This document shows, piece by piece, positions 8,596 through 18,100 of a DNA stretch of 51,875 nucleotides. This DNA is from a virus (lineage: Duplodnaviria; Caudoviricetes), in IMG/VR virus record IMGVR_UViG_3300045996_000640, positions 1 through 51,875 of that record. The stretch is one strand, 5' to 3'. The first letter of the stretch is position 1. Every line of letters begins with the position of its first letter. The notes beneath the pieces were generated by a model. The model did not search any database. It was not told where the DNA came from and worked only from the letters and a program-made list of their open reading frames with translations. The translations under genes were made by a program, and so were the position numbers.

Positions 8596-9297
8596 ATGAA
8601 TAGGGGTTCTCACGTGTCAATTTTGTTTCCCGGTCGATTCGAAACGTTGTACGGCTCGCGGTTTCTCGAAACGGATCCCGCTAAGGCCGCAGCAAACCCG
8701 GCAGCCGATCCCGCTAAGACGGCTGATCCCGCGAAAACCGCCGATCCGCCCGCGTATAAGCCGCCTGCAACCCAGGATGAGCTCGACGCGCTAGTCGGCA
8801 AAGAAAAAGCCAAGGCCGAACGGGCGGCAAAAAAGGAAGTCGATGCAGCGGTCGCGGCTGCGAAAGCCGCAGCGATCGAGGAATACAAAACGGCACAGCA
8901 AAACGAACAGGCAGCCGCGCAAGGCGAATTCAAAACCTTGCACGAAAACGCGGTAAAGGAAATCGAAACGCTAAAGGGCAAGATCGCGACGCTGGAAAGC
9001 GAAAAAGAGTCGATCACGCTCGGCGCGCTGAAATCCTCGATCGCGGCAAAACACGGTCTACCGGCCGCGCTCGCCGATCGTTTGCAGGGGGATTCCGAGG
9101 CCGCGCTCGAGGAAGATGCGAAGGCGCTCGCCGCCGTAGCGAAAACCGAAAGCGCGCCAAACACTGAGGCGGGCAAGGGCAAGAGTACCGGCAACGGGCC
9201 GAGTTTCACGCCGCCCGTCAAATCGCCTACGCACAGGTTTGGAAACCGGGAAATTATCCCGTTCAACAAACCCGAGGCGCACGCAAAGGAGGCATAG
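8596..9297 (+). CDS. Capsid scaffolding protein (alternative GTG start 8614)
   Basis: TQDELDALV, coiled coil, GLP..LADRLQGDSE..LEEDA.AL motif; directly upstream of capsid genes. Confidence 0.85.
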   Translation: MNRGSHVSILFPGRFETLYGSRFLETDPAKAAANPAADPAKTADPAKTADPPAYKPPATQDELDALVGKEKAKAERAAKKEVDAAVAAAKAAAIEEYKTAQQNEQAAAQGEFKTLHENAVKEIETLKGKIATLESEKESITLGALKSSIAAKHGLPAALADRLQGDSEAALEEDAKALAAVAKTESAPNTEAGKGKSTGNGPSFTPPVKSPTHRFGNREIIPFNKPEAHAKEA

Positions 9298-9303
9298 CCT
9301 GCA

Positions 9304-9675
9304 ATGGCTGCCGTAACAAAAGGCACGCTCAATATCGAGCGGCGCAACATGGCTCGCAAGGGCAAGGCATCGGGCGCGTTACTGCGCGGCGATCCGGTTG
9401 TACTCGATAGCGGCGCGACGTTTGACAACCGCTTCGATTGCAATTTCAAAAAGGCCGTTTCCGAAACTACGATTCACGGGATCGTGCTCAAGGATGCGCC
9501 TGCCGGTGATCTGGTCGAGGTTCTTACCGAGGGCGAGATTGGCGGGTATTCCGGGCTCACCGTTGGCGCGCCGCTTAGCGTTGTTTCTGGCAACGTTGAC
9601 AATACCGCGCCCGCTGCCGGGATCTATATTCAACTGATCGCGCTCACGTCGACCAAAATTTGGGTCAAGGTCTAG
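9304..9675 (+). CDS. Capsid decoration/cement protein
   Basis: 123 aa, G/A-rich beta pattern (GIVLKDAPAGDLVEV), between scaffold and MCP; AAGGAGG RBS. Confidence 0.7.
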   Translation: MAAVTKGTLNIERRNMARKGKASGALLRGDPVVLDSGATFDNRFDCNFKKAVSETTIHGIVLKDAPAGDLVEVLTEGEIGGYSGLTVGAPLSVVSGNVDNTAPAAGIYIQLIALTSTKIWVKV

Positions 9676-9688
9676 GAGGGACACTGAC

Positions 9689-10783
9689 ATGCCTTTTGGA
9701 CTGATTGACACGACGTACATTGACTTGCCCGCTGGTATCGACGAAGGATATTTGCGCGGATTGCAAACCCGTTCCGGGTTGAGCGTCGCGGAAATGATTC
9801 AGCGAACCGATGCCGCGATGACCGCCGTAAATGCCGGGGCCGATCCGTTGGTCGCCGCGCTGAGCTATCGAACCGCGAGCCCGACCGCTGCCGGGCGCGT
9901 GACCGCAACGAAGCGCGTGCAGCGTGCCGGTGAGTACGTGTATTCCAATCCGCAGTATGTCGCGCGCAAGGCGCACATGCTGCCGGTAGTCGATTGGGAT
10001 ATCACGCTCGGATTCACCGAGGATGGATTGCAGCGCATTTCCATGACCGCGTTCGACGACGAGCTACAGGCGATGGTTGACGCATTCGGCCGCCTGTATA
10101 TGGCCGAGGCGCTAAACCGCCTGTTCAGTACCGCCGAGGTCGCGGTCGATCAGAACACGACCGCCGTTTCGCCTGGTTTCGCCGGTTCCGGCACGGGTAC
10201 AAACGTGTTCGATGGCGTGTTCCCGAACGGCGAAACGATCGGCGGCGGGTACACGCATTACGCATTCGGCACAACCGACGCGAGTATCGTTACGTGGCTG
10301 AATACCGCGATCGCTCAAATGGAGCGATGGGTAGCGCCGCCGTACGATCTGGTCGCGAGCTCGACGTTTATTGCGGCGCTGCAAGCGGCCGCGATTACGG
10401 CCGGTACGCCTATTATCCTGAGCGGTTCCGCGCTTATTCGATTGCCTGATACGCAATCTGAGGCGTTGGTCGATCAGGGTCAATACATGGGCGTCTACGG
10501 CGGCAAGGTTCGCATACGGCACGGTGTAACCGGATTCGGGGATCTGCACGCCGCGCTATTCAAGACGTACGGCGCATACGACGAACGGAATCCGCTCGCC
10601 TGGCGCTACGATCCGTTGTACGGGCCTGATGCGTTCGTGCGCAGCAATAGCTATTTCCCGTTGGCCGAGGCCGTTGCTAAGCAATGGTTGGGGTTCGGCG
10701 TCGGAAACCGAACGGGCGCGAGTCTGTTCTATCGCAACGCTGGCGCGGTGGCCTACGTGAATCCGACGATCGCCATTATCTAG
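9689..10783 (+). CDS. Major capsid protein
   Basis: 364 aa, strong AGGAGG RBS, position between scaffold/decoration and head-tail adaptor. Confidence 0.8.
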   Translation: MPFGLIDTTYIDLPAGIDEGYLRGLQTRSGLSVAEMIQRTDAAMTAVNAGADPLVAALSYRTASPTAAGRVTATKRVQRAGEYVYSNPQYVARKAHMLPVVDWDITLGFTEDGLQRISMTAFDDELQAMVDAFGRLYMAEALNRLFSTAEVAVDQNTTAVSPGFAGSGTGTNVFDGVFPNGETIGGGYTHYAFGTTDASIVTWLNTAIAQMERWVAPPYDLVASSTFIAALQAAAITAGTPIILSGSALIRLPDTQSEALVDQGQYMGVYGGKVRIRHGVTGFGDLHAALFKTYGAYDERNPLAWRYDPLYGPDAFVRSNSYFPLAEAVAKQWLGFGVGNRTGASLFYRNAGAVAYVNPTIAII

Positions 10784-10805
10784 CCGATGGCTCGAGGGGT
10801 GAGGA

Positions 10806-11210
10806 ATGACGGCAACGTATAGCGAACTACTGCCAACCGATAAGGATCGCCTACGCCTACTGCTGGGCGATACCGATATGGTCGCGCCGCTCTATTCCGA
10901 CGAAGCGTACGAGGCCGAGCTAGTCGCGGCCGGATCGCTCGAGGGTGCGGGGTGGACGCTTGCGCGCGGGCTTGTCTCGAAATTCGGGCTTATGCCGAAG
11001 TCGCTCAACGTACCCGGTGATATCTCGATTACCTGGGGCGATCGAGTGGCGATCTGGAATGAGCTTTTAGCGGGATGGGCTGGCGCGGCAAGCGGCGTCG
11101 GCGCTACTGGTGGATTCGCGAGCGTTGCCGCCTCACGCGAAAACGTTTACCGGCCTGAATACGTCGAGGAACCGCCTCGCGTGTACTGGTTTGACGATTT
11201 GGAGTATTGA
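10806..11210 (+). CDS. Head-tail adaptor protein
   Basis: DKDRLRLLLGDTD...LYSDE pattern; follows MCP. Confidence 0.75.
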   Translation: MTATYSELLPTDKDRLRLLLGDTDMVAPLYSDEAYEAELVAAGSLEGAGWTLARGLVSKFGLMPKSLNVPGDISITWGDRVAIWNELLAGWAGAASGVGATGGFASVAASRENVYRPEYVEEPPRVYWFDDLEY

Positions 11211-11212
11211 CA

Positions 11213-11488
11213 ATGGCACAGAACGAACAGGAAAAGGCCGCCCGCGATGCAGCCGCAAAGGCAAAGGCCGAGGCCGACGCCCAGGCGGCGGCGGCCGGGA
11301 ATGCCGACGCCGAAGTAACCGCCGCGCAGCATGAGGCGGCGCAACTGATCGCCGACGCGCGCGCCGAGGCCGAGCGGATCATCGCCGAGGCACAGGCAGC
11401 GGGCGCAAAGGGCGTTATCGCCGCCGTCGGGAATCAGGATTTGCACGTCGATCCTGATACCGGCGCGGTTTCGCAGCGGTTCGAATGA
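11213..11488 (+). CDS. Ala-rich hypothetical protein
   Basis: GGAG RBS; packed in the structural operon. Confidence 0.7.
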   Translation: MAQNEQEKAARDAAAKAKAEADAQAAAAGNADAEVTAAQHEAAQLIADARAEAERIIAEAQAAGAKGVIAAVGNQDLHVDPDTGAVSQRFE

Positions 11489-11910
11489 GCGAGCCGCGCC
11501 CGCTCATTGACGGCGCGACCGCTCGGCAGATTAAGGAGCTCGCGCGGCAGGGTTTCGCAACCGCAATGACGGTTTCGGATCCGATGCGCGAGCTTTCGAT
11601 TTTCCGCCTGGATCAATCGAGCGGCCGCAGCGTGGTCGTGATCGTCGATGAATTCGCCGTACGTGCGAGCAACGTACAGGCGCAAGGCGGCGGCGACGAA
11701 GGCGCGCAACGCACGGCGATCGCCGGAACGATTCGCCGGTTTATCCCGACGCTCGAGGATGGCCGCACGATCGACGTGAACGCAACGCGCCTGAAACCGC
11801 AAGATCGTTTCGTGTTGCCGGAATCCGGGCCGTGTATCGTGCAATCGGTGCGGCCGGATAAATTCGGCGTCGAATCGGCCGAGTACCTACTCGAAACGGG
11901 GTCGGCATGA
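11485..11910 (+). CDS. Putative head-closure/stopper protein
   Basis: Size and position (LKPQDRF...V..V..D pattern); synteny. Confidence 0.6.
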   Translation: MSEPRPLIDGATARQIKELARQGFATAMTVSDPMRELSIFRLDQSSGRSVVVIVDEFAVRASNVQAQGGGDEGAQRTAIAGTIRRFIPTLEDGRTIDVNATRLKPQDRFVLPESGPCIVQSVRPDKFGVESAEYLLETGSA

Positions 11911-12266
11911 GTTTTACCGCGCGCCTGGAATGGAATGGCGAGCTCGACGATATGGCCGATCGAATCGCCCGTATGCGGCGGCAACTGATCGACGCCATTC
12001 GCGAGCTATCCGAGGTCTACGGCGCGCGCATCCAATCGGCCGCGATGGAAGGCGCGCCCTGGACAGATCGAACCTCGCAAGCGCGGCAAGGACTGACAAC
12101 AAAGGTTGAATCGTCGGATGCGTTCGTAAAGATCATCCTGTTTCATACGGCGACGTACGGTATTTGGCTCGAGGTCAAATGGGGCGGACGGTACGCAACG
12201 ATCGAGCCGACGCTCACGGCACAATTCCCGGCGCTCATGGCGGCGCTGCAATCGTTGATCGGGTAA
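11907..12266 (+). CDS. HK97 gp10-like neck protein
   Basis: APWTDRT..AR.GL...YGIWLE...GRYA.I.P motif. Confidence 0.8.
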   Translation: MSFTARLEWNGELDDMADRIARMRRQLIDAIRELSEVYGARIQSAAMEGAPWTDRTSQARQGLTTKVESSDAFVKIILFHTATYGIWLEVKWGGRYATIEPTLTAQFPALMAALQSLIG

Positions 12267-12269
12267 GCA

Positions 12270-12740
12270 ATGGCACGGATCGAGCACTATATCGCAACCG
12301 CGATCGCCGCGATACCTGAATGGGTGGAATACGACGTGCCGAGCATGCTCGATCTTGCCGACGGCGGCGTATACACGCAACGGATCGACCGCGAGAAAAC
12401 GCCGGGCGCATTCCATGAGCAACCGCCGAACCTGCCCAGGCGATCGGTAGCGGTCGTGGGCGGAACTGAGCAAGGCGATAAGGTCAAGGGGCTCAGCCTG
12501 GCGAACCTCACCGTATGGGTTCGTTGGGCCGATAACGTCGAGGATGGGCTCGCGGCCGCGCAGATCATGGCGCAAATTCTGCGCACGTTGCCCAACAACG
12601 TATATGGTGAGGTCGGTAACTGCGGCATGGTCGAATTCGTCGACCGATTCGAGCAACCCGATCCGGTAATATCTGGCGGGCGCATGTGTTATTTGCGGTT
12701 CCGGGTGGCGGGACTGCTAACAGGTTCAGGAGGAATCTAA
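12270..12740 (+). CDS. Putative tail terminator
   Basis: Position after the gp10-like gene; size. Confidence 0.6.
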   Translation: MARIEHYIATAIAAIPEWVEYDVPSMLDLADGGVYTQRIDREKTPGAFHEQPPNLPRRSVAVVGGTEQGDKVKGLSLANLTVWVRWADNVEDGLAAAQIMAQILRTLPNNVYGEVGNCGMVEFVDRFEQPDPVISGGRMCYLRFRVAGLLTGSGGI

Positions 12741-12741
12741 A

Positions 12742-13017
12742 ATGGCAAGTTCGAAGGCAACCGACAAGGAAGTACAAACCGTGCTCGACGCGGTAGCGGC
12801 CGGGCAACCGATCCCAGGCGGGTTTTGTTTCAACCCGCAGTATGAGGAATCGGTTTGGCGCTGCACAGGCACGACAAGCACCGAGGATCTAGTACCGCCG
12901 TCGGCACGCAAGGCGGGCGCGGCGATCACTGGCGACGGCGCGCCGGGCGGAAATCAAGTCGGCGAGGAAACGCTCGAGGCCGCGCCTGGTAGCGCGCCGC
13001 GATCATCCAATCCGTAA
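12742..13017 (+). CDS. Hypothetical protein
   Basis: AGGAGG RBS. Confidence 0.7.
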   Translation: MASSKATDKEVQTVLDAVAAGQPIPGGFCFNPQYEESVWRCTGTTSTEDLVPPSARKAGAAITGDGAPGGNQVGEETLEAAPGSAPRSSNP

Positions 13018-13047
13018 ACAGCAAGCGCGGAACGCGCGGGGTTGACC

Positions 13048-13500
13048 ATGAGCGGGTACCGTCAAATCGAATGGATCGGCGCAAAGTCAATTTTCGCCGA
13101 TCCTGTTTTTATGTTTCGAAAGGCGCAAGGCAGTATCAGCGACGAAGAAATGCAGATATTGCGCAACACGGCGACGAAACAAATCTACCGGGTCGATGGG
13201 AAAACCTCGCGCGTGCTCGGCGAATTCAATAGCAAGCTCGGCGTACGCGATCCCGATCTAAGCAAGGTCTACAAATGGGGCCCGCATATCGGCGATTACG
13301 TGCAGCGGGTAAGTGCTGAGGATTGGGACATTATTCGCGTTTGCCGATCCTGGCGGGAATTTCGCGACGTAACCGACGGCGTGCCGGATGAGCCGCCGAT
13401 CCTCATACCGGGCGAACTGGTCACGGTGAAAGAAGAAGAATTCCATTCGGCGCGCGACTACCTGGCGGCCGCGCGGCGCGATGCGATGGCGCGGCGATGA
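13048..13500 (+). CDS. Hypothetical protein
   Basis: Long ORF filling the operon; ATGA overlap with the next gene. Confidence 0.7.
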   Translation: MSGYRQIEWIGAKSIFADPVFMFRKAQGSISDEEMQILRNTATKQIYRVDGKTSRVLGEFNSKLGVRDPDLSKVYKWGPHIGDYVQRVSAEDWDIIRVCRSWREFRDVTDGVPDEPPILIPGELVTVKEEEFHSARDYLAAARRDAMARR

Positions 13501-13715
13501 ACGGGCATCCGGTCGAAATTGGCGACGATCCCGAGCGGGTAGCGTTACAATGCGAGGGAGAAGTTCACGGGTACTTGCTGCGGCGGCGGTTTCTACGGAT
13601 ACGTTGCCGAGCGCGGCGTTGTGGTGGCCGTGGCGGATCGCCGGTTTATCACGATTTCGATCTGTTCGAACTCTTGCGTAGGCTCGGGTATCGGATCGAA
13701 AAAGACGAAAGGTAA
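13497..13715 (+). CDS. Small basic Zn-ribbon protein (Com-like)
   Basis: LQC..EVHG...LRIRCRARRCG...H; directly upstream of the major tail gene. Confidence 0.65.
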   Translation: MNGHPVEIGDDPERVALQCEGEVHGYLLRRRFLRIRCRARRCGGRGGSPVYHDFDLFELLRRLGYRIEKDER

Positions 13716-13720
13716 CGAAA

Positions 13721-14251
13721 ATGGCATACGGCGAAACCGGGCGCGGGCTAAACGATGTGGCGATCTATCCGCTAATCGCCGCTGATGCGCTCGGCACGAA
13801 GGTCGATTTTCCGGGCGCGCAAACGCTCGAATTCAGCACCGAAGCCGATAGCGACACGATCGGCGGCGATGACGCGATCATTGCGGTTGCGTACGGCGCT
13901 AAGACGGGGTCGGGATCGCTCACGACCGCGAAGGCAAACCTGACGGCGCTTGCTGCCATGCTGGGCGGAACCGTCGCGAGCGTGGGCACGACACCGAACA
14001 TCGTGCAAACCCTCGACGAAACGAGCTCGCCGACGCAAGGCTATTTCGCGATCAAAGGTCAAACCCTCGGCGCGGATACGCCGGGCTCAGCCTACGAGGT
14101 CACGATCTGGAAAGCGAAGGCAGGCGGCGTTTCGGAAACGATGGAGTACGAAGCGTGGCACACGCCCCAGATCAATTTCGAATTCATTGACAATTCGACG
14201 CCGAAGATGATTTCCCGCAAGTTGCAGGAAACACGGGTCGCGTTGGCATAA
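13721..14251 (+). CDS. Major tail (tube) protein
   Basis: GLND..I, GDD motif, 176 aa, upstream of chaperone and TMP. Confidence 0.85.
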   Translation: MAYGETGRGLNDVAIYPLIAADALGTKVDFPGAQTLEFSTEADSDTIGGDDAIIAVAYGAKTGSGSLTTAKANLTALAAMLGGTVASVGTTPNIVQTLDETSSPTQGYFAIKGQTLGADTPGSAYEVTIWKAKAGGVSETMEYEAWHTPQINFEFIDNSTPKMISRKLQETRVALA

Positions 14252-14301
14252 TCCGGGCCGTTTGGCAGCGGATCGAATCACGAATAGGAGTAGCGCGGGA
14301 A

Positions 14302-14850
14302 ATGTCCGATATCGTTTTTCTGAATCGAGAAACGGCACGGAAAGCGCGGCAGGCACGCAACGCGGGTCGCGTCTTTACCCTCACCGTAACGGGCGGCAAC
14401 GCCCGCGTTCGCGTGCCGAATATCAACGATCGCGTTTTCACCGATAGCCTGCCGGATAACGCGCAAAAAATCCTGGCAAGCATCCTGCTCGACGAATCCG
14501 AGCGGGAGGCGGCGAAACGCGGCGAGGTCGCCGGGATGGGCCCGCGCTCGATCAATGAGGCATGGCGCAAGCTAATCGACACGATCGCCGATCAAGAGAA
14601 ATTGGCGAATGCGTTCGTAGTCGAGTGTTTCATGGAACCGCGCGTAGTCTATACCGAGGCTGAGCTCGATCCGTCGGATCCGAACGTCATAACGGTTGAC
14701 GATATCGTGCTCGCCGATCGGCTCGAATTCCTGGCGTTGAGCCTGGAAGGCGAGGCAGCCGCAATGCGGCGCATGCGCCCGTTTCTTGCAAGACAGGATG
14801 AAACTGTTTCTGCTCAACCGGGCAAGCAAAAGACCGCAGCGGCCGTGTGA
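14302..14850 (+). CDS. Tail assembly chaperone (gpG-like)
   Basis: Between major tail and TMP; AGGAG RBS. Confidence 0.8.
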   Translation: MSDIVFLNRETARKARQARNAGRVFTLTVTGGNARVRVPNINDRVFTDSLPDNAQKILASILLDESEREAAKRGEVAGMGPRSINEAWRKLIDTIADQEKLANAFVVECFMEPRVVYTEAELDPSDPNVITVDDIVLADRLEFLALSLEGEAAAMRRMRPFLARQDETVSAQPGKQKTAAAV

Positions 14851-15196
14851 TCTGATCGGGCTCGGCGCGCCGCACTATACCGAGGCCGAACGGCTCGATT
14901 TCGATTTTAGTATCGAGCTATTCGATATCTGGTTCGAAGCGCGGCAAGCCGAAACCGTCGAGGTTCCCGCGAAAAAGGCTCGCAAGGGCATGACGCAAGA
15001 ACCGAAATACAAAACGCTCAACGCGCAGTTAGGTATCGACGATCGCGAAAAAGAATCCGGGTTCGCCGAAGTGGGATCGCATGCCGATCAGATTTCCGAT
15101 CTGATCGCCTCGGGCGATTTGTCGGTCGAGGATTTGCCGGGCCTATTGGCCGAACATGGATCGGCTGAGGCCGTTCTGAGGGCAATCCGGGAATGA
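14783..15196 (+). CDS. Tail assembly chaperone frameshift extension (gpT-like), +1 frame
   Basis: Overlapping +1 ORF without clear RBS; CCG-TTT-C at 14779-14785. Confidence 0.7.
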   Translation, partial: FLQDRMKLFLLNRASKRPQRPCDLIGLGAPHYTEAERLDFDFSIELFDIWFEARQAETVEVPAKKARKGMTQEPKYKTLNAQLGIDDREKESGFAEVGSHADQISDLIASGDLSVEDLPGLLAEHGSAEAVLRAIRE

Positions 15197-18100
15197 GCGT
15201 ATCGGGCCTCGGCAGCGCATCGGGCGAACTGTTAATCGACATTGCGCAAGCGATGGCGAATCTAACGACGCTCGAGAACCGCGTTAAGGGGCTCGCGGGC
15301 ACGGGTGGCGATACGTTCAAAGGCGCTGAGGCGGGCGGTACCCGCCTCGACGCGCTCGGGACGAAGCTCGACGGGGTAAACCGCAAGTATGGCGAGCTCG
15401 GCAAGGCTGGGCTAGGGGTTGGCGTCGCGACGGCCGCCGCGTTTGGGTTGGCGATCAATTCCGCTGCGAATTTCGAGCAAAGTATGAGCAACGTCGGCGC
15501 GGCGCTGGGCGGCGTGGGCGGCGATGCCGGGCTTACCCAGGAACAATTCAAGGCGCTAAATGATGAGGCGTTGCTCATTGGTGCAACGACGAGCGTTTCG
15601 GCGGGCGAGGCGACGCAAGCAATGGAATTGCTCGCGAAATCCGGGCTCGACGCAACGCAAATCCTCGAGGGCGGCGCGGCTGCCGTTGTCTCGATCAGCG
15701 AGGCGACGGGCGAAAGTATTCAGCAAAGTTCGGAATCGTTCGGCGCGCTAACCAACCTGTTTGCCGATACGGGTATCTCGGCGTCGCAAATGGCCGATGC
15801 GATCGTAGTCGGCATGAACAATTCGAATTCAACGCTGAGCGAATTCCAGACGGGTATAGCGCGCCTTGCGCCCGTGATCGCGCAAACGGGCATGTCGTTC
15901 TATGACAGCGCCGCCTCGATCGCGTATTTCAATTCGCGGGGTTTTAGTGCTGCCGAGGTCGGAACGTCGCTTACGCGGGCATTCACCGATCTTGCCGATC
16001 CGATCGACGGCACAGGCGACGCCATGCGGGCGATGGGCATTGACGCATTCGACGCGCAAGGTAATTTCGTCGGGTTCCCGGCAATCATGGATCAAGTAGC
16101 GGCCGCGACGGCAGGCATGAGCGACGAACAGCGCACGGCCGCGCTGAGCACGATCTTTAGCGCCGACGCGATCGATCTTATGGCCGATGCCAGCAAAACG
16201 GGCGGCGATGATCTGGTCGAGCTTACCGAGAAAACGAAGGAAGAAGGCGTAGCGGCCGAACAGGCAGCCGCGCGCATGGACAATTTCAAAGGGTCGATCG
16301 AGAAATTCAAAGGCGCAATAGCATCGCTCGCAATCGTGATCGGCACGCCATTGCTCGGGCCGCTGCGCGCCGTAACCGATTTCCTGGCGAAACTGGTCGA
16401 GGGGTTTCTCACGCTGCCGAAGCCGATACAAACCGCTATCGCGGCGCTGATCGGGATTACGGGCGCGCTCGCGGGCGTTGCGGGCGCTATCGTGGTATTC
16501 GGGCCGCAAGTGGTCAAGATCGCCGCGCAAATGCAGAAGATGGTTGGCGCGATTACCCGCATCATACCCGCGCTGCTCGGGTTGAGCCTGCCGATCCTGC
16601 TCATTATTGCCGCCCTGGCGCTGCTGGCGATCGCCTACAAAACTAATTTCCTGGGGTTCGCTGACGCGGTGAATTCGGTTGCGTCATCGGTGAAATCGGG
16701 ATTCGAGGGGATCATTGCATTTCTTGGCAAGGTTAAAGCCGCGTTCGATGCGTTTAGTTCGGTCGGGCAAAACCCGGTTGCGGCACTACTGAATGCGATC
16801 GGGCTCGAGCTCGAGGCGATCGCCGGGAAGTTTGGGCCGTTCGAAGGCGCGGTACGAGCGGTGGCCGAGGCGTTGCGCCTGTTCGGCACGATGGCGCAAG
16901 ACGTTGGGCTACGGTTCGCGCAACTGAGCGGCAGCATGAATCCGGTTGCGGCGGCGCTGCAAGCGATCGGCGACGTGCTCAGCAAATACGCCGCGTCGTT
17001 TGGGCCGCTTGCGGGCGTCGTTGGCTTTATCGGCGAGGCATTCCAACTAGCCGGGATCATGGTCAATGATTTCGTGCTGCGGTTCCGGCAACTGAGCGGC
17101 AACCTGAATCCGGTTGCGGCGGCGCTGCAGGCGCTCGGCGACGTGTTGAAAAAGTATTCGAAATCGTTTGGGCCGCTCGCGCGGGTTGTCGGTTCGCTCG
17201 GCAAGGCATTCAAGCTACTGGGGCAAGCGGCGGGCGACGTTGGCGACATTCTACAGGCAGCATTCAAGGGCGATTGGAACGAAGTATTAGAGGAAACCGA
17301 ATCACTTTTACGCCGCCTTACGGGCGGATACCTCGCGCTCATTGCCGCGTTCCTTTCATTTCCGCTGAGCCTGCTTAGCGGCGCGTTCGGGCTGCTATCC
17401 GATGCGTTCGCAAGCCTGGCCGATCGGATTAGCGGGCCGTTTAGCGACGCATTGCAAGGTATTTCGGATGCGTTCGGGAACCTGGGCGAAGCGGCCGGGA
17501 ATTTCGGCGACGCGATTATCGATATATTCAGCGGCGATTTCGGCGACGCGCTCGATAACATTCAGGAAGGTCTAACGAACGTCGGCGAGGCGTTTCTCGA
17601 CCTGGGCGGCGCGGCCGTCAACGCGCTACAGGGCGCATGGGAGGCGCTAAGCGGCGTCGATTGGGGCGGCGCGCTCGACACGATCGGCACGGCGCTATCT
17701 GGCATTGGGTCAACGATTGCCGATGCCGTCGGGAATGCCGCCGAATGGCTCGCGCCGAAAGCGGTCGATGCCGTTACCGGCCTGGTCGATGCGCTGGTCG
17801 AGAATTTCCCGCGCGTGTTGTCATGGGTTGGATCGATCGGGCAATTCATAGGGGTTGCGGTCGCCAATGCCGCCGAATGGCTTGCACCGCGCGCCGTGGA
17901 GGCGATTACGGGGCTTGTCGATGCGTTCGTCGAGAATTTCCCGCGCGTTTTGTCGTGGGTTAGTTCTATCGGTCAATTCATTGGAACGGCGGTTGCGAAT
18001 GCCGCCGAATGGCTCGCGCCGCGAGCGGTCGAGGCCGTTACCGGATTTCTCGACGCCCTGGTAGAGAATTTCCCGCGCGTGCTCGCGTGGATTGGCAGCA

